Virus record (IMG/VR): IMGVR_UViG_3300002514_008521
Span: 1 to 64,000 of that record
Length of the DNA stretch: 64,000 bases
Reading direction: 5' to 3' (one strand)
From: a virus
Lineage: Duplodnaviria > Caudoviricetes
The notes beneath the pieces were generated by a model. The model did not search any database and was not told the DNA's origin. It was given only the letters and a program-made list of their open reading frames with translations. The translations under genes and the position numbers were made by a program. Each line of letters starts with the position of its first letter. The stretch's first letter is position 1. Shown one piece after another: positions 39,464 to 49,356 of the stretch.

Positions 39464-40143
39464 TTCCAATCCTCAAATGGATTATTTTCATACCACCAGT
39501 GATTGTGAGTTAACATGTATATAGACTTATGGGTCAGTATAACATCTTCAGGCCTGTCTTTTCTCCAGCATAGATGTGGGTTGAACCCTTCATTAACATA
39601 TACACAATTTTTTAAAATCGATTCATTATACGCCTGGTACTTAAAGCCCATCTCCTGTATTTCTTTCCAATTATTCTCTATAAGAGGAAGAGAGTTATAC
39701 GCATAGTTAAGATCACGATGAGGGGCAACACCTTTAATATCAAAAAAACTACTTAAAATATCATACTCTAGTTTGAGTACTTTCATTGCATCTAGATCAT
39801 TTATTTCTGAATATTCGACACAACTTGTGTGTAATCCTATTTCGAAATTATTATTTTTTGCAAAGCTCATAAGCTCCATCATTGGATAGGACAAGACGTT
39901 ATATTCATTTGCGGTGACCCTAATAAAAATACTTGATCTAATATCACGCGAAAGCTCCGCCATTAGCATTTTTTTCATGGTCTGAGGTTTTATGTCCAAA
40001 TCATGACGCATGATAAAATATTTCTCTTTGGGACATCCTAAATCTATAAACTCGTTTAAAGTAACGAACTTGTATCCGTTTTCATGAGCTAGATCAATAA
40101 TATCTAGATAATAATTTATAGAGAAAGGGTTGTTGCTTTTCAT
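39460..40143 (-). CDS. Polysaccharide deacetylase-like (NodB/WbmS-like) protein
   Basis: MRHDLD, EIGLH, APHRD, LTHNHWW. Confidence 0.7.
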   Translation of the reverse strand: MKSNNPFSINYYLDIIDLAHENGYKFVTLNEFIDLGCPKEKYFIMRHDLDIKPQTMKKMLMAELSRDIRSSIFIRVTANEYNVLSYPMMELMSFAKNNNFEIGLHTSCVEYSEINDLDAMKVLKLEYDILSSFFDIKGVAPHRDLNYAYNSLPLIENNWKEIQEMGFKYQAYNESILKNCVYVNEGFNPHLCWRKDRPEDVILTHKSIYMLTHNHWWYENNPFEDWK

Positions 40144-40144
40144 A

Positions 40145-40894
40145 TTAGTTGCGCCTCAATATTCCGTCATCATACTCATCCATCTTCACATATACTTTCT
40201 TACCATCTATCATTAGATAGGGGGCCGGTGCATTATTAAACATCATAGATTTTATGTACCTGCCAAGAAGTACGGTATCACCTAACATATGCGTGGGAAT
40301 TTCATGATCTAGATCATTTTTTTTGAAGTAAACAAAATCTGGATCGTGGGTTAACCCATTGGATTTAATATTTCTTGTGATAATATTACGAAAATTTTTC
40401 TTAATTAAATTAAGACCGACATGGTTTGACTTATAGAATAACGACTCTGACGTGTCGTCGGAATCTATTTTACATGATGCCGTATCAATAATTTTGCCTT
40501 CATCAAGTTTTTCATCTATAAAATGAAGTGTTGAACCGTGATATTCTTCACCAGCTCTTATTGCGTGTGTGGACATATGTCGGCCGCGGTATTTTAGTCG
40601 AAAAGAATGATGTACATTGACTATTCCCATCGTAACTGCCTCTATTTGTTCTCTAGAAATTAATTTCCAGTAGCCTAGAGAAAAAATAATATCAGAACTA
40701 TCTACAACACTTTGAAGGCTATCGGAAGTAGCTAATGTGCTATTTTTAAAGTTATTATCCCACCATTCATTATCATTAGTATGAAAAAATGAAATATCAA
40801 AGTAATTTTTTTTTGATTCTTCTATTATGTAGTCTATGTAGGGAATAAAGTAGTCTTTTGCATTGACTAGTATTCCACATCTGGGAAATTTCAT
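40145..40894 (-). CDS. Sugar N-formyltransferase (Formyl_trans_N)
   Basis: SLGYWKLI, VNVHHSFRLKYRG, GSTLHFIDEKLDEGKII; next to a DegT aminotransferase. Confidence 0.85.
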   Translation of the reverse strand: MKFPRCGILVNAKDYFIPYIDYIIEESKKNYFDISFFHTNDNEWWDNNFKNSTLATSDSLQSVVDSSDIIFSLGYWKLISREQIEAVTMGIVNVHHSFRLKYRGRHMSTHAIRAGEEYHGSTLHFIDEKLDEGKIIDTASCKIDSDDTSESLFYKSNHVGLNLIKKNFRNIITRNIKSNGLTHDPDFVYFKKNDLDHEIPTHMLGDTVLLGRYIKSMMFNNAPAPYLMIDGKKVYVKMDEYDDGILRRN

Positions 40895-40897
40895 TTA

Positions 40898-42034
40898 TTA
40901 GTATTCCTTGCATAGACGTGTTACATGCCCAGCTATCTCCATGATATTTTCACTATCTAGCCACCAGCCGCAAGGTAAAGATAACTGTGTTTTTGAAAAT
41001 CTCTCCGTATTTGGAAGTTCAGATAAACTGTCCTTAAAACATGTATATGGATGATTGGGTACATGTACAAGGCCGGCGTTGATTCCTAGATCATTTAAAG
41101 ACTTTGCCAAGCTGTCTCTATCTATTTTAGAATCTAATACAATCGTATACACCCAACTAGAGGATAAAGAATGAGGCTCAACATTAATTGGACAAATTGA
41201 TGATACAGTGGAAAATAATCTTGAATATAACTCCGCATTCTCTATATGCTTTGATACCAATTCTTCATAAGATCCTAAATTGCTTAGACCAATTGCAGCT
41301 GAAATGTTATTCATATGAAACTTATGTCCTGCTTCAATGATATCAACTTCCCAACGTTGCCCTTTCCACTCACCCTTGAGATCTTTTGCCTTATTGCGGT
41401 CTATCCCAAACCATTTCATTGCACGGGCCCTGACAAAGTCATCCTTATTTTTGCACACTAGGGCGCCACCATCACCGCATGTTATATGCTTGATCGCCTG
41501 AAAACTGTAACAGGTGAAGTCGGCGTGGTGACATACGTGATCTCCCTTGTACTTTGATCCAAAGCCATGGGCACTATCTTGGATAAGTTTTGCATTATTT
41601 TTATCACATATAGCCTGCAATTCATCTAGCATACATGGATTTCCTGCCCAATTTACACATATTACCGCTTTTGTCTTTTCGGTTATTACATCCTTCACAC
41701 TTTCAGGATCAATATTTCCTGTTGCAGGATCTATATCGGCCCATATTACATTCGCACCAATAAAAGATATTGGCGTATTTGTCGCGACACATGTCATTGA
41801 TGTAGTTACAACATCATCACCTGGACCAACACCAGCTAGCCTTAGGGCCATTGATATCGCACTAGTGCATGAATTTGTAGGTAATACCATGGTATGCGAA
41901 AGAATGTCACACAACCTATCCCTGAATTCACTTACAACGGTTCCTTCATTAAGATAACCTGAATTAAATACATCACGAAGACGGGACAAAACATCCTCAG
42001 TATCTATTTTAACTTTAAATAAGGGGTACTTCAT
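40898..42034 (-). CDS. DegT/DnrJ sugar aminotransferase (perosamine synthase-like)
   Basis: QDSAHGFG, SFQAIKHITCGDGG (Lys present), LSLPCGW. Confidence 0.9.
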   Translation of the reverse strand: MKYPLFKVKIDTEDVLSRLRDVFNSGYLNEGTVVSEFRDRLCDILSHTMVLPTNSCTSAISMALRLAGVGPGDDVVTTSMTCVATNTPISFIGANVIWADIDPATGNIDPESVKDVITEKTKAVICVNWAGNPCMLDELQAICDKNNAKLIQDSAHGFGSKYKGDHVCHHADFTCYSFQAIKHITCGDGGALVCKNKDDFVRARAMKWFGIDRNKAKDLKGEWKGQRWEVDIIEAGHKFHMNNISAAIGLSNLGSYEELVSKHIENAELYSRLFSTVSSICPINVEPHSLSSSWVYTIVLDSKIDRDSLAKSLNDLGINAGLVHVPNHPYTCFKDSLSELPNTERFSKTQLSLPCGWWLDSENIMEIAGHVTRLCKEY

Positions 42035-42039
42035 TATTA

Positions 42040-42879
42040 CTAATCTATTCCTAACGTGTCGTTATATGCTCTTTTTCCTGGTATAAATTTCCAGCCCTGC
42101 CTTATAACCTGATGTGTTTCTAGCATATTATCGGGAATATTACACCCTACAATATTTTCTTTGGATGGTAGCTGGTATCTTCTTACTGTTGATCCTCTTT
42201 TAAATTTTAAGATGTAGTTAAAGAATTCAGGATTACTTCCAACACCCTCGGAGCATCCTATACCTATGCTGTCGGCACCCCATAAATTTAAAATATTATA
42301 CAACACAATTGTACATCCGGAGTCGCCACACTGGTCTTGATCATGGCCAGGAATTGTAACAAACGGATTCTTCTTAAATAACTTATCACTTACCTTACAA
42401 CAAAAACACATAGAGTCAAAACTCTTATAGTACCCTAGCCTATTATTAGAAGAGTCGACATGAGCAGGATTAGGTAGTTCATGGTATGCACCACCGAAGC
42501 TTACAAGATCAAAATTTTTATTATTTTCCGCATACTCTATCATGTATGCCGGCCAATCTGGTTCAGCAGACAAAATATCATCATGACAAAAAATTATATA
42601 GTCATACTCATCGCGCAGTTTTTCTTTTTGTAGATAATCAACAAAGAAATTATAACAACCCCAATCACAACCATTATTATCACGATAGTGAATATTACCC
42701 TTAAAGGCACTTTTTACAGCCTCAGGAACATTACTTTCCGGTTGCCACGAAACAATATGAGGAACAAAGTTCTTATTTTGTGAGCAAAATGTATATAACC
42801 ACTCATAAAATTTTGAACCCCCGGTCCAGTTAAAATAGTACCCACCGGTAGTTACAATTGCGACTTTCTTTTCTGTCAT
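42040..42879 (-). CDS. Hypothetical protein, possibly GT-A-like
   Basis: DNNGCDWG, YDYIIFCHDDI; weak. Confidence 0.45.
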   Translation of the reverse strand: MTEKKVAIVTTGGYYFNWTGGSKFYEWLYTFCSQNKNFVPHIVSWQPESNVPEAVKSAFKGNIHYRDNNGCDWGCYNFFVDYLQKEKLRDEYDYIIFCHDDILSAEPDWPAYMIEYAENNKNFDLVSFGGAYHELPNPAHVDSSNNRLGYYKSFDSMCFCCKVSDKLFKKNPFVTIPGHDQDQCGDSGCTIVLYNILNLWGADSIGIGCSEGVGSNPEFFNYILKFKRGSTVRRYQLPSKENIVGCNIPDNMLETHQVIRQGWKFIPGKRAYNDTLGID

Positions 42880-42924
42880 TATACCATCTCACACATATTA
42901 TTCAAATATATGTAGAAACAGTAC

Positions 42925-43824
42925 TTAGTATATAATTTTGGTGATGTATTGTTCTATGCAATGCTCCCATGTATGCGGAGCAAAAGAGTTTTTTATAAAC
43001 TTGTGCCTATCCAATAGTCTAAACAGATCATCATTACTATCAAACGTATGATCACTTCCTACAAATTCAACTGCGCCGCCACCGGATGAATGAACGTATG
43101 TCGGAATCTCGCATGCGAGACTTTCTAATATATGATTTGGGCCAGGATCAAACTTTGTGCCACTAATGTACACGTCATATCTTGATAGTTCGTTCCCTAA
43201 TTTAGCTCCAGATAGAGGGGGAATGACTTTTGTATTCTTAAATGTCCCATTTTCTCTACCGATGTAGGTAAAAGTATAACGACTATCGGTTGATACAAAC
43301 TCATCTAACCAATTGTACACATCAAATCCCTTGAGCCAATTATTTGACCAGTGATGAGTGACTAGATTAATTTTGCCGTTACAAATCTTTTTTTTATCTT
43401 CAACATGAAAAAAGTGATCTTTATCAACTCCATTGTACACCACATCAGTGATGTCACAATGCCACCCTTTTTTACAGTGATAGTCTTTCATCCAATTAGA
43501 CACAAATACTGTTAAGTCTGTATATTTGCTACACTCACTTAATAATGCATCTATATCGCTAGTGTTCTTTCTTGCATCACACTCGTTAACTCTATGGATG
43601 ATTTTTGTTGATGGATTTGAGTTTTTATATGCGATTATTTCGTTTATTGATATTCCTAAATCGGAGTACCTGGGATCTTGCATAAAGATAATATCAATAT
43701 CATTACACAACTGATGTGTAACTTCATGACCATCTCTAACCAGGCCTTCACATAAGGCCTTAACGAATAAATTCCCTCCACCCCATGGACCATCAACTGG
43801 CTTTCTGTTTATGAGAATTTTCAT
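42925..43824 (-). CDS. Glycosyltransferase, GT-B fold (GT4-like)
   Basis: WGGGNLF, VVYNGVD, YISGTKFDPGPNHILESLACEIP. Confidence 0.85.
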   Translation of the reverse strand: MKILINRKPVDGPWGGGNLFVKALCEGLVRDGHEVTHQLCNDIDIIFMQDPRYSDLGISINEIIAYKNSNPSTKIIHRVNECDARKNTSDIDALLSECSKYTDLTVFVSNWMKDYHCKKGWHCDITDVVYNGVDKDHFFHVEDKKKICNGKINLVTHHWSNNWLKGFDVYNWLDEFVSTDSRYTFTYIGRENGTFKNTKVIPPLSGAKLGNELSRYDVYISGTKFDPGPNHILESLACEIPTYVHSSGGGAVEFVGSDHTFDSNDDLFRLLDRHKFIKNSFAPHTWEHCIEQYITKIIY

Positions 43825-45542
43825 CTATTTTTCTTTACAAGAATCTTGTGTTCCGGAAAATATAGGTAGTCAATATCAGTTCCAAGAAAACAGTTAATTG
43901 CGTGTACAGGCGTTTCACATATAGGTTCCCTATCATTAAAAGATGTATTTAAAACTATTGGAATGCCTGTCTGTTTTTTGAATTCAGATATAATGTCATA
44001 ATAAACTGGGTTCTGCTCTTTATTTACCGTTTGTATCCTGGCAGAGCCATCTATATGTTCCACAGCTGGTACTAAACCTAGAATATCATTTTTAAAATGA
44101 AATACAAATCCCATGTAAGGAGATGGGTGGAAATTATCAAACCATTCATCACCATGTTCTTCAAGTATTGAGGGTGCAAAAGGGCGATACCACTGTCTGT
44201 GCTTTACCTTTTTATTAATTAAATCTTTCATGTCATCATGACGAGGGTCTGCAAGTATACTTCTGTTCCCTAATGCTCTACGGCCGGACTCACTCCTTCC
44301 ATGGAAGATGCTAACAATCTTTTTTTCAGTAAGAAGCTTAACACATTCCTTTATTTCAACATCATTAGTGACCTCTAGCTTGCTGGCTTCACTATTAATC
44401 GCTGCCTCTATATCTTTTACTGAATATTCTTCCCCAAGGTAAGGGGAAACAAAATCATACGTTCTTTTATTTTTTAAAATATGATGCCAGTGATATTGGC
44501 ATGCACCTATTGATAATCCACCATCATAAGGAACGGGGGGAATGAATACATTTTCAATTTCTGGAAATTTTCTTTTTATCTTTCCTGTCATGACTGAATT
44601 TAAGGCAACACCCCCGGAAAAGCACAGGTTTTTAGCATTCATATTATGTTTTTTTGCAAGATCTATGACACCTTCAACAAGTGAAAATACCCATTCTTCA
44701 GTGCACTTTTGTAATGCAGCTGCAATATTAAATTTCTCTTTTTCATCTTTTGACGCGTCAGTCCAGGGACCTAGATAGTCATGACGTACATCATCCTCAG
44801 GTGCAACATACACATGTTTTTTTGTACCGGGAGGGGTCTCTGTTGCCGCTTGATAATGTCTAACATCCGAAAAGATTAAGCGCATGGCATCGTAATATTT
44901 TTGTGGATCCCCTAAAGCAGCCATGGCCATGACTGATCCTGCCTGGTGCCCCCGCGGATACCCTGCTGATAGGCCGAAAACATACCTTGTAAGCTTGCCC
45001 CATATTGCCCCTGCACTCATTCTTGAGGAAGGTAAGGGTTCACAGATCTTAATCATCTCTAAATCTTTACCGTAGTAGAATCCGGCTGAAATACTTTGAA
45101 GGCCATGGCCTGGGTGGACTTTACTATCACATGTATATGGTTCACCAGGACCTATAGGATAGTGAGTCTCTAGGCCATTTCCATCCAGAGTTATGACCAG
45201 TGATTCCTCATGAGGAGATGAGTAGAATGCATGGGCTGCATGACATAGATGGTGGGGGTAAACACTAATTTTATTTTTTTTAACTTTTGTGAACGTATCA
45301 AATCCATCATGACTATTGAATGCTAAATTAGTTACCGGGGTAGGGGTAACCCAATGCTCAATATCATCTAGTGACTGGCCAGTTTTTGTGAGGTATATAT
45401 CCTCAAGATATTTTAGGCTATCGCCACCTGACTCTTTTAGTCGTGTGTATCTTTCAATTTCGATATGCTCAACTACCTTGCCATTATCTAGAACACAGTA
45501 GCCACCATCATGATAATTGTATAACCCTACCACTTTTGACAT
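43821..45542 (-). CDS. O-carbamoyltransferase, NodU/CmcH family
   Basis: HHLCHAAHAF, TLDGNG, SGGVALN, ESGRRALGNRSILADP, RQWYRPFAP, HIDGSARIQT, LNTSFN. Confidence 0.92.
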   Translation of the reverse strand: MSKVVGLYNYHDGGYCVLDNGKVVEHIEIERYTRLKESGGDSLKYLEDIYLTKTGQSLDDIEHWVTPTPVTNLAFNSHDGFDTFTKVKKNKISVYPHHLCHAAHAFYSSPHEESLVITLDGNGLETHYPIGPGEPYTCDSKVHPGHGLQSISAGFYYGKDLEMIKICEPLPSSRMSAGAIWGKLTRYVFGLSAGYPRGHQAGSVMAMAALGDPQKYYDAMRLIFSDVRHYQAATETPPGTKKHVYVAPEDDVRHDYLGPWTDASKDEKEKFNIAAALQKCTEEWVFSLVEGVIDLAKKHNMNAKNLCFSGGVALNSVMTGKIKRKFPEIENVFIPPVPYDGGLSIGACQYHWHHILKNKRTYDFVSPYLGEEYSVKDIEAAINSEASKLEVTNDVEIKECVKLLTEKKIVSIFHGRSESGRRALGNRSILADPRHDDMKDLINKKVKHRQWYRPFAPSILEEHGDEWFDNFHPSPYMGFVFHFKNDILGLVPAVEHIDGSARIQTVNKEQNPVYYDIISEFKKQTGIPIVLNTSFNDREPICETPVHAINCFLGTDIDYLYFPEHKILVKKNR

Positions 45543-45550
45543 ATTTCACC

Positions 45551-46351
45551 TCACCTGGTTAATAAAACCTGACCATAATCTATCTGATCATCTGTATATC
45601 TTCTATCATCAAGAAATATTCGTCTATCCATTATAATAAGTTCTTTACTGTCATCTTCTATTTGATCAATCAAATTACTGCATTGTATACCGGCACCGGA
45701 ATCTTTTGATGGCAAGTGATAATCATCAAATAATAATAATTTTTGATATCGATCCTTGGTTAATTCCCAATCTTTTTTTACGGCATCATATGTGTGATCA
45801 CCATCGATGTAAATAAAGTCATACTCATCTTTTACCTCTTTTGATTGTAGGAATGCATGACTGGTTTCTTCTACCATGGTTATCCTAGACATAAATTCCT
45901 TGGGAAATACCTGCGATATCATTTCAATATGTCTTTTATTAAAATTTGGATCAACCGTCGTTATTTCACCATAACCATTCTCATTCATGGCCATGGCTGC
46001 ACACATTGTTCCATACCCTCGGCCGAAACCTATCTCTAAAAAAGATCTTATGTTATATTTTTTGATAAGTGCATATATTAATATTCCTCGCTCATAATTT
46101 GGTCGGAAAAAACATCCTACATTTTTGTATAACTCTGATGAGGGATCTCTGGTTTTTTTTGCTGTATACTCACCAATTTGATCAAACATTCCTAAACTAA
46201 AATCATCCAAAGAAAAGCCCATACTTTTTAGCTTATCCATGATCATAATTTTTGGTATATCACCGGTAGCATCAGGAATATTTTCTGGCTGTGATTTTGA
46301 CTGGGGTCCGGACATAAAATCACCCCAATTTAGTTTATTAAAATCACTCAT
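45551..46351 (-). CDS. Class I SAM-dependent methyltransferase (Methyltransf_24-like)
   Basis: LEIGFGRGYG, FIYIDGDHTY, LLFDDY. Confidence 0.85.
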   Translation of the reverse strand: MSDFNKLNWGDFMSGPQSKSQPENIPDATGDIPKIMIMDKLKSMGFSLDDFSLGMFDQIGEYTAKKTRDPSSELYKNVGCFFRPNYERGILIYALIKKYNIRSFLEIGFGRGYGTMCAAMAMNENGYGEITTVDPNFNKRHIEMISQVFPKEFMSRITMVEETSHAFLQSKEVKDEYDFIYIDGDHTYDAVKKDWELTKDRYQKLLLFDDYHLPSKDSGAGIQCSNLIDQIEDDSKELIIMDRRIFLDDRRYTDDQIDYGQVLLTR

Positions 46352-46698
46352 AGTTCCTCTATTCTTTTGGCTTTGTCATCTACGATTAAATCGAAATGAG
46401 GTTTTGGATTCGGACTAGTACCTGTTACAAGATCATGATATTTACATCCCCATGCCTTTAACTGCTTGCTAGTATGATCAGAATAATCCTTACCTGAGAT
46501 TGATCCACGTGCGGTCCAGTAAACAACTTTCCAACCTTCATCATATAATTTATTGATTTTTGCAATATTATCAAAATTAGGCTCCGACAAATCGTACCTG
46601 CGGACATCTGAATAAAAACAGATCGTTTCGTCGATGTCAATTAAGGCGACGCGTTGTGTACCCTTGTCTGAAAATCTATTTGATTCATGAAACTTCAT
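46348..46698 (-). CDS. Small HAD-family phosphatase-like protein
   Basis: DIDETIC (DxD), WTARG, KP.FDLIVDDKA. Confidence 0.75.
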   Translation of the reverse strand: MKFHESNRFSDKGTQRVALIDIDETICFYSDVRRYDLSEPNFDNIAKINKLYDEGWKVVYWTARGSISGKDYSDHTSKQLKAWGCKYHDLVTGTSPNPKPHFDLIVDDKAKRIEEL

Positions 46699-47070
46699 TT
46701 AATCCCCCTTTGTTATTCTATGGCTGTCACTGTCAAAATGTTGCGTTGAGAACTCAAATAACTCAGAGTCTTCTAGGGCAACCATCTGATGGCGTAGGCC
46801 GGTATAGACATGAAAATTTTCTCCCGGAAGGAGTATTTTCTGTTTTGCACTTGATATATCATCACTATCTGAGTAGTATACCATTAATTTTCCTGACTGT
46901 AGATAGAATACTTCATCTTTTATTTTATGATAATGCCATGAACATCTTTTGCCGCTTTTAAAAAATAGTAGCTTTCCACAGTACTTTTCATTATTGACTA
47001 TCCATCTTTCATATCCCCACCCTTTGGGAACATGTTTCATTTCACACGCAGTCTTATCTTCTGTCTTCAT
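46699..47070 (-). CDS. Cupin (sugar isomerase-like)
   Basis: VPKGWGYE, SWHYHKIKDEVFY, GLRHQM, FEFSTQHFDSDS. Confidence 0.75.
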   Translation of the reverse strand: MKTEDKTACEMKHVPKGWGYERWIVNNEKYCGKLLFFKSGKRCSWHYHKIKDEVFYLQSGKLMVYYSDSDDISSAKQKILLPGENFHVYTGLRHQMVALEDSELFEFSTQHFDSDSHRITKGD

Positions 47071-47461
47071 GTTTTTTTGCCATATTATTCACTATATTGG
47101 TGGTTGAATAATTCTTGACCGTATCAAAAATTATAACTTTGCATATATCGCTTCCTACAACGGAATCAACCTTATAATCCCCTCCCTTTACAAGGATATC
47201 AGGTTTTATTTTTTTGATTAGGTTGTAAGGCGTGTCTTCATCAAAGATAATAACGTCATTAACCCATTTTAGTGATAGCAAAGCATACTTTCTATCATTT
47301 TGATTATTAATGGGTCGGGTAGGCCCTTTAAGACGAGCAACGCTGGCATCACTATTTATTCCAACAATCACATGATTACCCAAACTATGACAAAACTCGA
47401 GTAGCTCAAGGTGACCTCGATGAAGAATGTCAAAGCATCCATTTGTGAATATAGTTTTCAT
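47054..47461 (-). CDS. Heptose-1-phosphate nucleotidyltransferase (HldE C-terminal / RfaE2)
   Basis: FTNGCFDILHRGH, GINSDASVARLKGPTRPI, KPDILVKGGDY, YSTTNI. Confidence 0.9.
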   Translation of the reverse strand: MKTIFTNGCFDILHRGHLELLEFCHSLGNHVIVGINSDASVARLKGPTRPINNQNDRKYALLSLKWVNDVIIFDEDTPYNLIKKIKPDILVKGGDYKVDSVVGSDICKVIIFDTVKNYSTTNIVNNMAKKHEDRR

Positions 47462-47472
47462 TAATCCCTAAG

Positions 47473-48444
47473 TTATTTAGTAGATTTTAGTAGTGCTATA
47501 TCGGATGTGACCATCTTTTTTACTAACTCATCAAAACTAGTTCGTGGTGACCATCCTAGTTCATTTTTTGCCTTTGTATAGTCGCCTCTTAAGACATCCA
47601 CTTCAGCAGGACGCATATACCTAGGGTCTTGTTTTACATGTGCTTCCCAATCGTCAATTCCCACGAAGTTAAATGCCGCACTTAAGAAGTCTCTTATTGA
47701 ATGAGCTTGATTAGTTGCGATTACGTAGTCGGAGGGAGCATCTTGTTGCATCATAAGCCACACAGCCTCCATATAATCTGGTGCGTATCCCCAGTCTCTC
47801 CTTGCATCTAAATTCCCTAATGAAATATGATCGGCTAAACCTAGATGTATTCTGGCCACACCATCTGAAATTTTTCTAGTAACAAACTCTAGGCCTCTTC
47901 TTTCGGCCTCATGGTTAAATAAGATTCCGGAAATATTAAACATATCATATGACTCACGATAGTTCTTTGTGATCCAGTGGCCATACAGTTTGGCAACCCC
48001 ATAAGGGCTTCTAGGATAAAATGGTGTATTTTCATTAGCTGGATTTTCAACCATCCTTCCGAACATTTCAGAACTACTGGCCTGATAGAATTTTATAGAT
48101 TTTTTGTATTCTCTAATTGCCTCCAAAACCCTAAGAACACCCAGACCGGTTACGTCAGATGTATGTTCAGGTGTGTTCCAACTTTCACCCACAAAGCTTT
48201 GAGATGCAAAGTTATAAATTTCATGAGGATCACACTCTTGAAGTATTCTTAGCAAAGAATTTTGATCAGTTAGATCACCCGTTAAAAATGTTATTTTTCC
48301 CTCGAGGTGACTAGTATTCGTACGATTTTTTACAGAAGACCTTCTTTCCATGCCGAATACCTCATAGCCTTTCGCTAGAAGTAAGTCGGACATGTAGCTT
48401 CCGTCCATTCCATTAACACCGGTTATTAATGCTCTTTTTGTCAT
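47473..48444 (-). CDS. gmd: GDP-mannose 4,6-dehydratase
   Basis: ITGVNGMDGSY, FYQASSSEMFG, PFYPRSPYGVAK, GILFNHE, FVTRKI, LGNLDARRDWG, RPAEV. Confidence 0.93.
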   Translation of the reverse strand: MTKRALITGVNGMDGSYMSDLLLAKGYEVFGMERRSSVKNRTNTSHLEGKITFLTGDLTDQNSLLRILQECDPHEIYNFASQSFVGESWNTPEHTSDVTGLGVLRVLEAIREYKKSIKFYQASSSEMFGRMVENPANENTPFYPRSPYGVAKLYGHWITKNYRESYDMFNISGILFNHEAERRGLEFVTRKISDGVARIHLGLADHISLGNLDARRDWGYAPDYMEAVWLMMQQDAPSDYVIATNQAHSIRDFLSAAFNFVGIDDWEAHVKQDPRYMRPAEVDVLRGDYTKAKNELGWSPRTSFDELVKKMVTSDIALLKSTK

Positions 48445-49355
48445 GATAAAACCTCTTTGAGCATTTTAATATACTCATCTTTATGCTTCTTTATATTATA
48501 CCTTTGAACATTATTAAAGTTTAGTTCGATATCTTCATTCGTAGGGTAATATATTTCATGCGGAATATTAATTATGCAATTTTGATGAAGTATTTTGCTA
48601 GCGACCCCTACATCAGTAGAAACAATAGGCACTTTCATAGCTGCAGCTTCATAAATTGCCTGGGGACCACCTTCATACCTAGAAGATACTATATAGAGAT
48701 CACAACATGCATACATTTTTCGTACTACATCTATCGGTGCTAGCTCTACGCCAGTAAACGGAATATTACATTCAGATAGTCGATCACAGATATATTCCCT
48801 TCTCCATCCCCCCAATAACACCAAAATATCTTCTCTATTCATCTTTTTTACATATTCAACAAATAAATCTGGACCTTTTTCAAGTTTTGGTTTCCTGGTA
48901 CCACCCTCAGTATCGCGTTGAAATGAACCAATGATAAATTTATCTTCAGGTAGGCCGAATTGTTTTCTGCACTCTGATTTGTCCTCTATAAACCATGTAC
49001 TTGAATCATACCAATACGGGATTACATAGATCGGTTTCTCAGTAAGTTTTTTTATAAATCCAGCGGTTGTATCATTAGGGACATGATATGCATCGACATA
49101 TTGATCCCTTAGCTTAAAGGCATTTATTTTTTTTTCGTCAAACTTATCTGGAACTATATGATGCTCAGTAACTACAACTTTTTTTTCCGAAAGTATTTTA
49201 GTAGGTACCTGGTTCCAGCACCAGCCGGCCAGTAGCCACAAGATATCACAAAAATTAATATCATCTGTTGTCATATGTGAAACATTTTTCTTCCATTCCT
49301 GAAGCTGTCTGTCACAAATCCAATTTTCCCGAGGGGCTAGAACAAAAATTTTCAT
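48441..49355 (-). CDS. Glycosyltransferase, GT4-like
   Basis: SFQRD, EKGPD, SRYEGGPQAIYEAAAMKVPIVSTDVG. Confidence 0.88.
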   Translation of the reverse strand: MKIFVLAPRENWICDRQLQEWKKNVSHMTTDDINFCDILWLLAGWCWNQVPTKILSEKKVVVTEHHIVPDKFDEKKINAFKLRDQYVDAYHVPNDTTAGFIKKLTEKPIYVIPYWYDSSTWFIEDKSECRKQFGLPEDKFIIGSFQRDTEGGTRKPKLEKGPDLFVEYVKKMNREDILVLLGGWRREYICDRLSECNIPFTGVELAPIDVVRKMYACCDLYIVSSRYEGGPQAIYEAAAMKVPIVSTDVGVASKILHQNCIINIPHEIYYPTNEDIELNFNNVQRYNIKKHKDEYIKMLKEVLS

Positions 49356-49356
49356 T

